DNA of 64,000 bases from Bacilli bacterium (GCA_028694645.1 JAQVKM010000002.1:112149-176148), one strand, 5' to 3'. Positions 1 through 9,705 are shown, numbered from the stretch's first letter. Notes: generated by a model not told the origin, from the letters alone. Numbers and translations: made by a program.

Positions 1-780
1 AAAATTATATTTATTACAAATTTTAACAGCTTCATTTTTGATATCTATGTCACTTATTTTCTCTAAGGATGTTGCAATATTTTTATTTTCTCTTAGATTA
101 TTTATAAAATCAATTATTGCTTTATTTCCATATAACATTTTTGATTCCGGATAATTAATTGGAATATTGTAAAATCCAAAAATTCTTTTAATATAATATT
201 CATATTCATCTGTTAAATTTAATATTTTAATATTGTTAATATCAATATTTTTATTTAATAAATTTATTATTTCATTAGCTACAAATTCAACTTCATTTTC
301 GATATAATCAAATTCATAAACTTCTTTTACTTTTATATTATTAACATCTAAATTTATAATTTCAACATTATTAATTTTATTAAAAATATTTTGTTCAAAT
401 TTATTTAGTTCAACATCATATATAATTATATTTTTTTGTTCAATATATTTTTTAAATAAATTATCTATCATTAATAAATTATTATCAATTAAATCTTTTT
501 TCATTTCATTTAAAAATTTAATTTTAAAATCACTAAAATCGCCATTTATAAAAATTAAATTATCTAAATACATCTTACTTATATAATAATTTGTATTATA
601 TTTTTTCATTACATAATATATTGTTTTTTCATCATAATCAAACAAATATTTTTTTATAAATTGCGTTTTGGTCATAAATTTAATATTATATAATTTATTA
701 ATATTACAAAGTATTTTTTTCTTATTCTCATTTGATGTAATTATTAAAGTATTATCTTTTATATTGTTTAAAATATCCAT
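1..780 (-). CDS. AddB/RexB-like helicase-nuclease subunit, N-terminal part (gene runs off the left edge)
   Basis: Own reverse-strand translation: ATG at 780 (MDILNNIKDNTLIITSNENKK...), frame open to position 1. It is absent from the ORF track because there is no in-window stop. The stretch ...EFDYIENEVEFVANEIINLL...LTDEYEYYIKRIFGFYNIPIN resembles the N-terminal region of AddB/RexB. Family assignment is by recall only. Confidence 0.35.
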   Translation of the reverse strand, partial: MDILNNIKDNTLIITSNENKKKILCNINKLYNIKFMTKTQFIKKYLFDYDEKTIYYVMKKYNTNYYISKMYLDNLIFINGDFSDFKIKFLNEMKKDLIDNNLLMIDNLFKKYIEQKNIIIYDVELNKFEQNIFNKINNVEIINLDVNNIKVKEVYEFDYIENEVEFVANEIINLLNKNIDINNIKILNLTDEYEYYIKRIFGFYNIPINYPESKMLYGNKAIIDFINNLRENKNIATSLEKISDIDIKNEAVKICNKYNF

Positions 781-811
781 ATAAACACCATCATTCTTTA
801 TTTATTAAAAT

Positions 812-832
812 AGAAAGCATATTATGCTTTCT
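812..832 (-). terminator. stem-loop overlapping the stop codon of the CPWC thioredoxin-like gene
   Basis: AGAAAGCAT-att-ATGCTTTCT, 9-bp arms, followed on the minus strand by ATTTTAAT. Confidence 0.5.
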
Positions 833-1553
833 AACAATCTTCATCGCATAGTATATCATAAACACCAGCTATACCATCTGTATATATTTCAATTAAATTA
901 TTTTTTTGTTCTTCTGTAAGTTCTATTGTTGGATCTTCTTGATCACTAACTGTTCCAATATGGACTTTTTTAATTTCCCCGTTTTTTACAAATACAACAG
1001 TTGGAAAATATAATCTTTTAATTGATTCATTATTTAATCCCTCATATATTCCTAAATAGTCTTTTAATAAATCAACTATTTGATAATATTCATCTGTTCC
1101 TTCTTTATCAGTAATAATATTTCCTTGTTCATCTAAATGTTTAATATCTCTAATATCATATGCATTATAATAATAGATTTTATCTACTCCAAATTCATAA
1201 GATGTATTTATGAGTGTTGAAATCATATTTCTACACCAAGGACATTCTGGAAATCCAAAATAAATAATTCCTGTTTTGTTTTTTAGTATATCAATAACTT
1301 CATATTGATCAATATATTCAATATTATTATCTTCAATAATATTTAAATTTAAATATTGATATCCTTTTTCACTATTTTTATTATTTAATGATTCGTATTC
1401 TTTTTTGAATTTAATTTCATCATCAGTATTTTTTTCTATAACTATTTTATTTCCTGTTGGCTTTAATGATTCATCACCTACAAAAGTATATATTAAATAA
1501 CTTGATAGTAAAAATACAATAAGTAATATTCCTAATTTAATCTTTGTTTTCAT
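831..1553 (-). CDS. membrane-anchored thioredoxin-fold protein (CPWC active site)
   Basis: N-terminal hydrophobic anchor, FGFPECPWCRN CxxC motif, terminal CDEDC. Start moved to ATG 1553, which follows GGAGGT by 5 nt. Clear paralog of 53661..54368. Confidence 0.7.
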   Translation of the reverse strand: MKTKIKLGILLIVFLLSSYLIYTFVGDESLKPTGNKIVIEKNTDDEIKFKKEYESLNNKNSEKGYQYLNLNIIEDNNIEYIDQYEVIDILKNKTGIIYFGFPECPWCRNMISTLINTSYEFGVDKIYYYNAYDIRDIKHLDEQGNIITDKEGTDEYYQIVDLLKDYLGIYEGLNNESIKRLYFPTVVFVKNGEIKKVHIGTVSDQEDPTIELTEEQKNNLIEIYTDGIAGVYDILCDEDC

Positions 1554-2376
1554 TTTTACCTCCATCATAATCATCTAAAAAATGATAAGTTTGTTCTTCT
1601 TTGTGATATCCAATGATTGTTGATAAATTAACATTACACATACTTCTAAAAATATTAATATCGACATTTGGATTAATTGTTTTTAAATTTTTAATTAATT
1701 CTTTTATTTCTTTTCTTTTTGAATTGTTTTCAAATTGACTTTTCTCTGTAAAAGAACAAGCACAATTTAAAAATGATAAATCGTTAGATATTGTCCATGT
1801 TATTATATCTTTTTCTTTAATTAAATAAAGAGGTCTTATAAGTTCCATATTTTTAAAATTGGTACTATGCAATTTTGGCATCATTGTTTTGAATTCAGCT
1901 CCATACAACATACTCATTAAGGTTGTTTCAATAACATCATCAAAATGATGTCCTAAAGCTATTTTATTACAATTTAATTCTTGAGCTTTATTGTATAAAA
2001 AGCCTCTTCTCATTCTGGCACATAAATAACATGGACTGTCATCAACATTATTAACAACATTAAATATATCACTTTCAAATATATGTATTGGTATATTCAA
2101 TATATTAGCATTATCAATTATCTTTTTTTTATTTGCTTCATTATATCCTGGATCCATAACAATGAATTCTAAATCAAAGTTGATTTTTCCGTGTAATTTT
2201 AATTCCTGCATTAACTTAGCTAATAACATAGAATCTTTTCCACCAGATATGCAAACTGCTATCTTATCATTTTCATTTATCATTTTATATTCTTTAACAG
2301 CTTTTACAAATTTACTCCATATCTCTTTACGATATTTTTTTATAATGCTGCGCTCTATTTCTTCATATCTTTTCAT
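1537..2376 (-). CDS. ttcA: TtcA-family PP-loop ATPase (tRNA 2-thiocytidine synthetase-like)
   Basis: SGGKDS PP-loop plus PCYLCARMRRG, the CxxCxRxRRG hallmark of TtcA. Overlaps the downstream gene by 17 nt. Confidence 0.8.
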   Translation of the reverse strand: MKRYEEIERSIIKKYRKEIWSKFVKAVKEYKMINENDKIAVCISGGKDSMLLAKLMQELKLHGKINFDLEFIVMDPGYNEANKKKIIDNANILNIPIHIFESDIFNVVNNVDDSPCYLCARMRRGFLYNKAQELNCNKIALGHHFDDVIETTLMSMLYGAEFKTMMPKLHSTNFKNMELIRPLYLIKEKDIITWTISNDLSFLNCACSFTEKSQFENNSKRKEIKELIKNLKTINPNVDINIFRSMCNVNLSTIIGYHKEEQTYHFLDDYDGGKNENKD

Positions 2377-2404
2377 AACATCACACGTTCATTATATCAT
2401 GAAA

Positions 2405-2426
2405 AAACTACTTTTAAAAGTAGTTT
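2405..2426 (-). terminator. intrinsic terminator after the giant pilin-like gene
   Basis: Palindrome AAACTACTTTTAAAAGTAGTTT followed on the minus strand by a TTTC tail, about 55 nt downstream of the stop at 2483. Confidence 0.55.
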
Positions 2427-2482
2427 ATCAATTTCTATAGTGAATAATAAAATTTAAGTCATCAGTATTTCAATAAATTATT

Positions 2483-5400
2483 TTAGACAGATAATTCATA
2501 TATTCTGACACTTGTAGATCCATATCCACTTCTAATTTCTAAATATATTCGTATATATGCAGTATTTTCTGGTATTGTGTAAGCTTTACTTTCTCTAATA
2601 TATGTCGAACTTATTAATGTGTTACTTGAATTATAAGCATTCATAATTATTTTAGTATAATCACTAGAATATGCTCTTTGAGAGTATACATTCAAATTAA
2701 CATTTTTATTATACATTGAAGAATCAACTGCAACATAATAATTTTTTGTGTAACAAATATTTGTATCTGATCCTGAGCCACAAGTAGTGCCTACATATGT
2801 TAAAGTATTATTATCAAATGCCTCCATAGTTAAGGAATTTGCTCTATCTGTTGCGCTATAAGTGGATATTCTAGTCATTACATTATTCTTATCATACCCT
2901 CTTGCCAATAAATTTTGACCTGAAGCAAGTTTAAATGTTTGATTTAAGTAATTATGCCATGTTGTTCCACCATCTAAACTATATTGTTTAACAACAGAAG
3001 TTTTATGATAACTTAAAGATACATTTGTATACGCTGAATTCACCCCTGAATTTGTAATAGCAGGAAAGTATTGTGTTGCATTAAATATTGGATCATTATA
3101 AACAGATAATTCATATATTCTAACACTTGTTAATCCATAACCACTTCTAATTTCTAGATGAATTTGTAGATATGCAGTATTATCTGGTATTGTGTAGGTC
3201 CCGCTTTCTCTAATATATGCTGAGTTTATTAATGTATTAGATGAATTATAAGCCGAAATAATTATTTTAGTATAATCATTAGAATATGCTCTTTGGGAGT
3301 ATACATTCATATAAATTTTTTCATTATACATCGAAGAATCAACCGCAACATAGTAATCTTTTGAATAACAAATATTTGTATCTGATCCTGAGCCACAAGT
3401 AGCACCTACATATGTTGAATTATCTCCGTCATATGCCTCAGGAGTTAAAGAATTAGCTCTATCTATTGCATTATAAGTAGCTAATTTAGTCATTATATTA
3501 TTTTTATCATAACCTTTTGCCAGTAACTTTTTCCCTGAAGCAAGTTTAAATGACTGATTCATGTAATTATACCATGTTATTCCTTCATCCAAACTATACT
3601 GCTTTATAATAGATGTTTTATTATAATTTAAAGATACATTTGTATACGCTGAATTCATTCCTAAATTTGTAATAGTAGGAAAATATTGTGTTGCATTAAA
3701 TGTTGGTTCATTATAAACAGATAATTCATATATTCTAACGCTTGTAGCTCCATAACCACTTCTAATTTCTAGATGAATTTTTAAATATGTGGTATTCTCT
3801 GGTATTGTATAATTTCCAGTTTCTCTAATATATGTTGTGTTTAGTAATGCATTAGCTGAATTATAGGCATAAACAACTACTTTAGTATAATCGTTATAAT
3901 ATGCTCTTTGAGAATAGATATTCATATTAATTTTTTGGTTATACATTGAAGAATCAACATTGATAAAGTAATCTTTTGAATAACAAATATTTGTATCTGA
4001 TCCTGAACCACAAGTAGCACCTACATATGTTGAAGTATCACCATCATAACTTGCAATTGGTAAAGCATTTGCTGGTTGACTATTTGCTTTAGTTGACGAT
4101 ACAAACAGACCAGAATCATTTTTTACGCTTTTTGCATATATTGTATTCGTTTTAGAAGCATCAAATGCGCCAGTATAAATATTCCAATTTACTCCATCTA
4201 AACTATAATAATTAGTTATATCATTTCTTTGGTCATATTCAATAGTTGTTTTTCCATCAACACCTATACCATATATTGAAATAACCGCATTTCCATAATT
4301 TGATGTAATAACCGGTGCCTCAATTTTTGTTACATCAAGATTCAATATTTTCTTGCACGTTTTTGTTACATTACCAACAGCATCAGTTCCTTGTCCACAT
4401 ACAGTTACTGTTCCATCACTGTTTTCAAGTTTGTTAGAAAGAACATAACTTGATGATAAAGCAAAATCACTTGTATAATTTGTCCAAGGAATAGTATTAG
4501 CTCCTATTTTATATTGTCTTATAGTAGCATCCCCAAAATCCATTGATACTGTTACATTTGTTGTTAATTCTAATGGAACTGCTGTTATTACTACCTCTGG
4601 AGCATTTGAATCTATATTATCCACGGTTAGTGTATAAGTTTTAGTATTTCCGGCATAATCACTAGCATAAAAAGTGTAGGTTCCATTTTGTGTCAATTTA
4701 ACAGTACTGTTATTAGGTATGGAATTGCCATTTGTTTCAAAATAACTAGCACCTTTAAGCCCAATGTCATACATAACATTACTTAATTTTACGTCATCTG
4801 TTGCTGTTACCAAAACTGAAACTGATTTAGTTATAGTTTCTAAATCAGCTGTTAATTTAATAACTGGGGATTTCTCATCAATATTTTTAATAATATATTT
4901 TGCATCTAATGACCAAACTTCAGATGCATTTTGGCTTCTTGCATATATAATTGCATTATTCTTATCAACTAAGAATGGATTTTCATATTTTAACCAATCT
5001 GTTTTTGTGCCATCTGAATATGCTATCATATATTGTTTTTTTCTTAATGTTCCGGGATAGTCTATTGATATTTTAACTTCTTTACTTGGTTCTGTTGTAT
5101 CAGCAACAATTGTAGGTGAAGCTGGTTTTTCAGCTGCAAATCTCATGTATATATCATTTGCTATTTCTGAAGTTGCACTTGTTAAAATATAATAATCACC
5201 ATTAAATTCAATTTCTTTGCCCGTTTCATCTTTTATTTTAATTATTGAATTATTTAATATTTCTGATCCCTGTTCTACAAGTAAAATTCCATCATCCTTA
5301 TATAATTTCCATGTTCCATCTTCTTTATACTTATACTCCCAGGTTCCTCTGCTTGCATTTTCAGGATAATTTAATTTAATTATATAGTATTTTCCCATAT

Positions 5401-7510
5401 TAAGTATATAAACTGGTGGTTTAGCACTAATATTATCTATTTTTTTAGAAACAGTTTCTGACTGCTCTAATATATTTATATTTTGTGCGTACACAACTGT
5501 ATTTTCTGTTACAGTAAATGGTCCTGTATAAGTTGACCAATTACCATCCCCAATTTTATATTGACTTAAAAACGAATTTTTATCAAAAGAAATGCTTACA
5601 TCTGCACTATAAGTATTACTATTAACAGTTATAATTGGCTCAGATATTCCAGTAGTTAAATAATCAATTTTTTTATATGCACTTCCTCTTGCTATATCAT
5701 TTTGAGCATATGCATATACTGTACTATTTTCTTCTAAAACAAATGGTTCTGTATATTTTATCCAATCTCCAAACTGACCTATTTTATAATATTTTTCAGT
5801 AGCTCTTGAATCATATGTTATTGATACAGTTGTAGAGTCTACTAAAGAAACATCATCTTCTGGAGTAGCTAATATTGATACTGCTAGACTATATGGTTTA
5901 AAAACTGATGGGCTAGGAAGTCCATTTTTTGCATCCCCTATATTAGTAATTGCTAAAGAATCTTCTCTTGTCCCAAATTCATTTTTAGCTCTTGCATATA
6001 CCGTTAAATTGTTTTTTATCAAAAAAGTGCCTGTATAATTTTTATAATTTATTCCATCTAAACTATATTCTACCGTATCTGCCGTACTTTCATACGAAAT
6101 ACCTATTCTAACACTGTCAGTTAAAAAACTATTTTTAGATGGATATGGGTTTGCATCAATTTTAATGTATGGTGCTTTACCAGAATCAGAACTTCCCCCA
6201 CTACAGTCTTTTATATTTCTTATTTTATAAGTTTCTACCATTGATTGAGTTCCATCGACATCATCTTTGATATAATATGTAGAAATAGCTACATTTGATG
6301 TTATCGTAAATGGTTGTGTATATTTTTTATAACTTCCTGTTCCTATTTTATAATATATTACTCTTGCAGCTTGTGATGTTGTTAAATTTACTTTTACAGA
6401 ATCACAAGTCAGATTATTATTATCTATTGTCAAATATGGACCTATTGTTTCTGCACGATAAGGAAGTAAATTTGTTATTCTCTCTGGAGTTGATGACTGA
6501 CTAACAGGTGGATAGCTCATTTCTGTAATTGATCCACTATCTACTTTACATGAGTCGTTATCTTCACAGCTAGTTAATATTTTTTCATCATATGGTCTTA
6601 TATAAACACTATCATATACTGTTTTTGTTCTTTGTGTTAATATATTTCCTGTAGAATCATATACATTTTCTCTTATTCTTAATTTTGCTGATATAACAGT
6701 TGATTCTTCAACTATAAATTCATTGATATAATCAGTCCATCCATTATTACCTATCATATACTGTATAGATTCTAAATTAGCTGTACTATAGTTTAATTTT
6801 ACAGTTATTTTATCTCCTGTTTTATAAGTATAACTACTTGGTTCAATATCTACGTATGCTCCATTTCCTGATATAACAGTTGTTCCATCAGGAAGTTTAT
6901 ATTTTATAAATACATCTTCAATTCTATCTAGTGGTATTGTGATTGATCCTTCATAATCTTGCCAACTTTCTTGGCCCTCCGTTCTTATATCCCCTCTTGC
7001 ATCTAAACGCCATTTTTTTTCTATTGCATTATCTGGGTAATACAAAGTTAATTTTATCCAACCATCCCATATATTTCCAGATTCAATATTCCCAATTCCT
7101 ATTGAACAATCATCTCTTTCATATGTAGATGGAAGTGCCATAATTTTAGATGTATTATAATTTTTAATTATACATCTACGCAATGATTCACTCCATAATG
7201 CAAGAGTTGAATTGCCCGTTTTCTTAAGTATTACAATTCCACCATCTGGTTTTTTTCCTTTAAATGATAATTGATTCTTATAATCATCAAAAGAAACTGT
7301 TACATTATCTGTAACTGTATTATACAATAACTGATTCACATAATAATTTTCTGCAGCATCTAATATTCCATATCCTGTTTGAATGAAAGCATTTAATCGT
7401 GCCTTATTAATTATGCCAATTATAAAAGGAACAACTACTAATGAAAAAATGGTTATAACTACAATAACAGCTAAAAGTTCTAGTAAAGTAAATCCTTTTT
7501 TTCTTTTCAT
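2483..7510 (-). CDS. giant modular surface protein with type IV prepilin N-terminal cleavage/methylation leader
   Basis: MKRKKG-FTLLELLAVIVVITIF is a class III signal peptide with Gly-1, Phe+1 and Glu+5. It is followed by at least 10 Ig-like modules with a Y-K-I-G-x-G-x-W-x-x-Y-T-x-P-F type signature. Three C-terminal repeats carry CGSGSDTNICY. Confidence 0.85.
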   Translation of the reverse strand: MKRKKGFTLLELLAVIVVITIFSLVVVPFIIGIINKARLNAFIQTGYGILDAAENYYVNQLLYNTVTDNVTVSFDDYKNQLSFKGKKPDGGIVILKKTGNSTLALWSESLRRCIIKNYNTSKIMALPSTYERDDCSIGIGNIESGNIWDGWIKLTLYYPDNAIEKKWRLDARGDIRTEGQESWQDYEGSITIPLDRIEDVFIKYKLPDGTTVISGNGAYVDIEPSSYTYKTGDKITVKLNYSTANLESIQYMIGNNGWTDYINEFIVEESTVISAKLRIRENVYDSTGNILTQRTKTVYDSVYIRPYDEKILTSCEDNDSCKVDSGSITEMSYPPVSQSSTPERITNLLPYRAETIGPYLTIDNNNLTCDSVKVNLTTSQAARVIYYKIGTGSYKKYTQPFTITSNVAISTYYIKDDVDGTQSMVETYKIRNIKDCSGGSSDSGKAPYIKIDANPYPSKNSFLTDSVRIGISYESTADTVEYSLDGINYKNYTGTFLIKNNLTVYARAKNEFGTREDSLAITNIGDAKNGLPSPSVFKPYSLAVSILATPEDDVSLVDSTTVSITYDSRATEKYYKIGQFGDWIKYTEPFVLEENSTVYAYAQNDIARGSAYKKIDYLTTGISEPIITVNSNTYSADVSISFDKNSFLSQYKIGDGNWSTYTGPFTVTENTVVYAQNINILEQSETVSKKIDNISAKPPVYILNMGKYYIIKLNYPENASRGTWEYKYKEDGTWKLYKDDGILLVEQGSEILNNSIIKIKDETGKEIEFNGDYYILTSATSEIANDIYMRFAAEKPASPTIVADTTEPSKEVKISIDYPGTLRKKQYMIAYSDGTKTDWLKYENPFLVDKNNAIIYARSQNASEVWSLDAKYIIKNIDEKSPVIKLTADLETITKSVSVLVTATDDVKLSNVMYDIGLKGASYFETNGNSIPNNSTVKLTQNGTYTFYASDYAGNTKTYTLTVDNIDSNAPEVVITAVPLELTTNVTVSMDFGDATIRQYKIGANTIPWTNYTSDFALSSSYVLSNKLENSDGTVTVCGQGTDAVGNVTKTCKKILNLDVTKIEAPVITSNYGNAVISIYGIGVDGKTTIEYDQRNDITNYYSLDGVNWNIYTGAFDASKTNTIYAKSVKNDSGLFVSSTKANSQPANALPIASYDGDTSTYVGATCGSGSDTNICYSKDYFINVDSSMYNQKINMNIYSQRAYYNDYTKVVVYAYNSANALLNTTYIRETGNYTIPENTTYLKIHLEIRSGYGATSVRIYELSVYNEPTFNATQYFPTITNLGMNSAYTNVSLNYNKTSIIKQYSLDEGITWYNYMNQSFKLASGKKLLAKGYDKNNIMTKLATYNAIDRANSLTPEAYDGDNSTYVGATCGSGSDTNICYSKDYYVAVDSSMYNEKIYMNVYSQRAYSNDYTKIIISAYNSSNTLINSAYIRESGTYTIPDNTAYLQIHLEIRSGYGLTSVRIYELSVYNDPIFNATQYFPAITNSGVNSAYTNVSLSYHKTSVVKQYSLDGGTTWHNYLNQTFKLASGQNLLARGYDKNNVMTRISTYSATDRANSLTMEAFDNNTLTYVGTTCGSGSDTNICYTKNYYVAVDSSMYNKNVNLNVYSQRAYSSDYTKIIMNAYNSSNTLISSTYIRESKAYTIPENTAYIRIYLEIRSGYGSTSVRIYELSV
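2486..4075 (-). repeat. in-frame tandem repeat, period 615 nt (205 aa), about 2.6 units, inside the giant gene
   Basis: The motif CAAATATTTGTATCTGATCCTGA recurs starting at 2754, 3369 and 3984, exactly 615 nt apart. The protein units align over their full length (AYDGD.STYVGATCGSGSDTNICYSKDYY...RIYELSVYN...). Confidence 0.9.
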
Positions 7511-7511
7511 A

Positions 7512-7904
7512 CTAATAATCCTTTTCTATATAAAATTCTACATTTTTAATGTTACTGTAATCCCCAACTATACCAATAGATAAAGTTTGATAGTTTTCAT
7601 TATCAAGATTTTCTATTACTTGTTTTAATTTTTTCACTTCTTTTCCATTATCATCCTTCAATATTATCGAGATTATAAAATTTTTATTTTCTTCATTATT
7701 ATTATTAATTTTTGCTGTTAAAGTTGTTATGCTTCCTTCATAAATAAGTTTTATATCTGTGACAACTAAATCTTCTACTACTACATCATTTTTTGCTTTA
7801 TTTTCTTCTATTATTGTCTTATTAGTTAATTTTTTTTCACAACCACATCCCGTAATAATAAACAACGCTAAAAAAATCAATACAAATTTAATCATTTTTT
7901 TCAT
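7512..7904 (-). CDS. small lipoprotein, unknown function, coupled to the giant pilin-like gene
   Basis: MKKMIKFVLIFLALFIITGC lipobox. AAGGAG RBS before ATG 7904. Its stop codon lies 1 nt from the downstream start at 7510. Confidence 0.7.
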   Translation of the reverse strand: MKKMIKFVLIFLALFIITGCGCEKKLTNKTIIEENKAKNDVVVEDLVVTDIKLIYEGSITTLTAKINNNNEENKNFIISIILKDDNGKEVKKLKQVIENLDNENYQTLSIGIVGDYSNIKNVEFYIEKDY

Positions 7905-8184
7905 ATAAACTCCTTTTAATAACATACTATCGTATTACACTATTATATTATTAATTATAATTTATTTGTTGTTTAATGTCAATTAATCAAATATGTAATT
8001 ACAATAATGTTAATTTTCTTTACCTTAAAAATAATAACTTTAATTCTATAATGAATAATTTTAATATTATCTATTTTACTATTTAAAAAGGTAATACTAC
8101 TATTTTCCTATATAATTATAACAAAAAAAATAGACACAATTTTTAGGTGTCTACTTTTATTATAAATACACAATTTTGTATTAA

Positions 8185-8874
8185 CTATTTTTGTTTTATA
8201 TAATTTATATAATAATTTATTTTATCTGCCCAAGTTGTACTCTCGGCATATTTTGAATTAATAGCTTCTGGGGTTGTTAATCCTACTTTATAATAATTAT
8301 TATAAAGATTTTCTAAGTAACTATTAATTCCTTCTTCCAATGTATTAAAAGCTTTATAAGATCCCCCATTACATCCTGGACTTCCTTTGATTCCACCAAC
8401 ATTATTACAAGCATTAACTAAATTACTGCATTCCCATGTACATCCAGTTTCATGTAATACAATAGATACAGCTAAATAAGGATCTAATCCTAATTCAAGT
8501 GATTTACTTGCAAATAAATATCCTGTATTTGACAATGTTGAATTAAGTGATCTGTTTAGTTTGTCAGTTAATTCATTTAATGTCATGTTATCATAAACGA
8601 TTGGTTCTACAATTACTTCCTCAACCACTACCTCTTTTGGTTCTTCAGTTTGATTATTAGTTTCCTCAACCACTTTATCTTCTACTAAAGCAGTTATTGA
8701 AGAGACTATACTTTCTTTTATAAGAATATCATTTGTATATGATACACTTTCTAATGTTTTTGTATGATTTGTAGCATTAGCTTCTTTATTTATCAATACC
8801 GAAATTAATACCACAACAATAATTCCAATTATAACCTTTGCCGTGAGCGGCACGTCTATTTTCACCTTTTTCAC
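8185..8874 (-). CDS. membrane-anchored glucosaminidase-domain peptidoglycan hydrolase (LytD/FlgJ-type)
   Basis: N-terminal TM segment. C-terminal ...LAVSIVLHETGCTWECSNLVNACNNVGGIKG...YKAFNTLEEGINSYL fits the mannosyl-glycoprotein endo-beta-N-acetylglucosaminidase pattern. The start may be the second GTG at 8865, which has better GAGGTG spacing. Confidence 0.6.
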   Translation of the reverse strand: MKKVKIDVPLTAKVIIGIIVVVLISVLINKEANATNHTKTLESVSYTNDILIKESIVSSITALVEDKVVEETNNQTEEPKEVVVEEVIVEPIVYDNMTLNELTDKLNRSLNSTLSNTGYLFASKSLELGLDPYLAVSIVLHETGCTWECSNLVNACNNVGGIKGSPGCNGGSYKAFNTLEEGINSYLENLYNNYYKVGLTTPEAINSKYAESTTWADKINYYINYIKQK

Positions 8875-8983
8875 CTCTTACTTTTTTTGGCGGAAAACAT
8901 ACAGAATTCTATCACATTTTTTTTTACAAGTCAAATTGACTTTATGGGTCATAATATTTATAATATATATCAGGGAGGGTAAA

Positions 8984-9373
8984 ATGGAAAAGAATATTAA
9001 CTATAACATCATTGCAATGTTTATTTCTCTAGCTAAAAAAAGATGTATTTATGAGTTATCAATTCATGAAATTCATGAAAATTTTAAAATTATGAAAGAA
9101 AATCCTAAATTTAAAGGTATTCTTGATAAATATAATTTTGAGCAATCACAATACTCTGAAGAAATTAATTATGAACTTGCTAATTTGCTTGCATTTAAGA
9201 AGCTAATATATACAGAAAATAAAAAATTTGTTTTTAATAATATAGATGACGAATTTGAAGATATATTATTTTTAAATGTTGATAAAAATGTAATAGCAAC
9301 AATACACGAAATGATTAATGAATTTGTAATTATTAACACATTTAAAAATCAAAAACAATTAATAAAAGCTTAA
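8984..9373 (+). CDS. hypothetical protein (129 aa)
   Basis: ATG 8984 is preceded by the GGGAGGG RBS. The upstream part of track ORF 8843.. has no RBS. Confidence 0.6.
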   Translation: MEKNINYNIIAMFISLAKKRCIYELSIHEIHENFKIMKENPKFKGILDKYNFEQSQYSEEINYELANLLAFKKLIYTENKKFVFNNIDDEFEDILFLNVDKNVIATIHEMINEFVIINTFKNQKQLIKA

Positions 9374-9432
9374 TAATGGTTAATCCATTATTTTTATTTT
9401 AACCAAAAATAAAAAATAATTACTAAAAGTAA

Positions 9433-9705
9433 TCATTTATTTGTATTATTGTAATAATTGTATTCTGATATTAAGTTAGATAGATACTCCAAATCATCTA
9501 ATTCATCATAAGAATCATTTAACACATCTTCTATTTTAAAAATAAGTTCATTTATATTAAAACAAATTTCATAATTAATCTCATATTTATTTAATATCTC
9601 AATATGTTCATCACTTAAAAATATATTATTTCCTCTATCTTTTAAAATAACTTTATCAACATCAATTATATTATCTATTAATATTTCTTTTTGATTTATT
9701 ATCAT
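9433..9705 (-). CDS. small acidic hypothetical protein
   Basis: ATGA overlap with the ynbB stop suggests translational coupling. No recognisable motif. Confidence 0.5.
   Translation of the reverse strand: MIINQKEILIDNIIDVDKVILKDRGNNIFLSDEHIEILNKYEINYEICFNINELIFKIEDVLNDSYDELDDLEYLSNLISEYNYYNNTNK

Noticed and set aside
2486-4075. Regularly spaced repeats as a possible CRISPR-like array
   Set aside because: The period is 615 nt, the repeats are in-frame coding units of a continuous ORF, and there is no short repeat/spacer alternation. No CRISPR array or cas gene occurs anywhere in the window.
7496-7502. T7 homopolymer (A7 in the coding sense) in codons 3-5 of the giant pilin-like gene as a phase-variation switch
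   Set aside because: Runs of 6-8 A/T are everywhere in this genome, including in housekeeping genes. The frame is intact here, unlike the DUF1287 case, where a frameshift is actually visible.
2162-7583. Short plus-strand ORFs (2162..2440, 4764..5060, 6310..6504, 6943..7128, 7383..7583) inside or opposite ttcA and the giant gene
   Set aside because: They are shadow ORFs lying entirely within long, well-supported minus-strand genes. Their products are hydrophobic and low-complexity, as expected from AT-rich antisense frames.
9702-9705. Possibility that the organism uses TGA as Trp (Mollicutes-type code 4), given the extreme AT content
   Set aside because: ynbB ends on TGA at full expected length (ATGA overlap with the next gene). 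Trp is encoded by TGG throughout, and sporulation genes argue for a walled Firmicute. Code 11 was retained.
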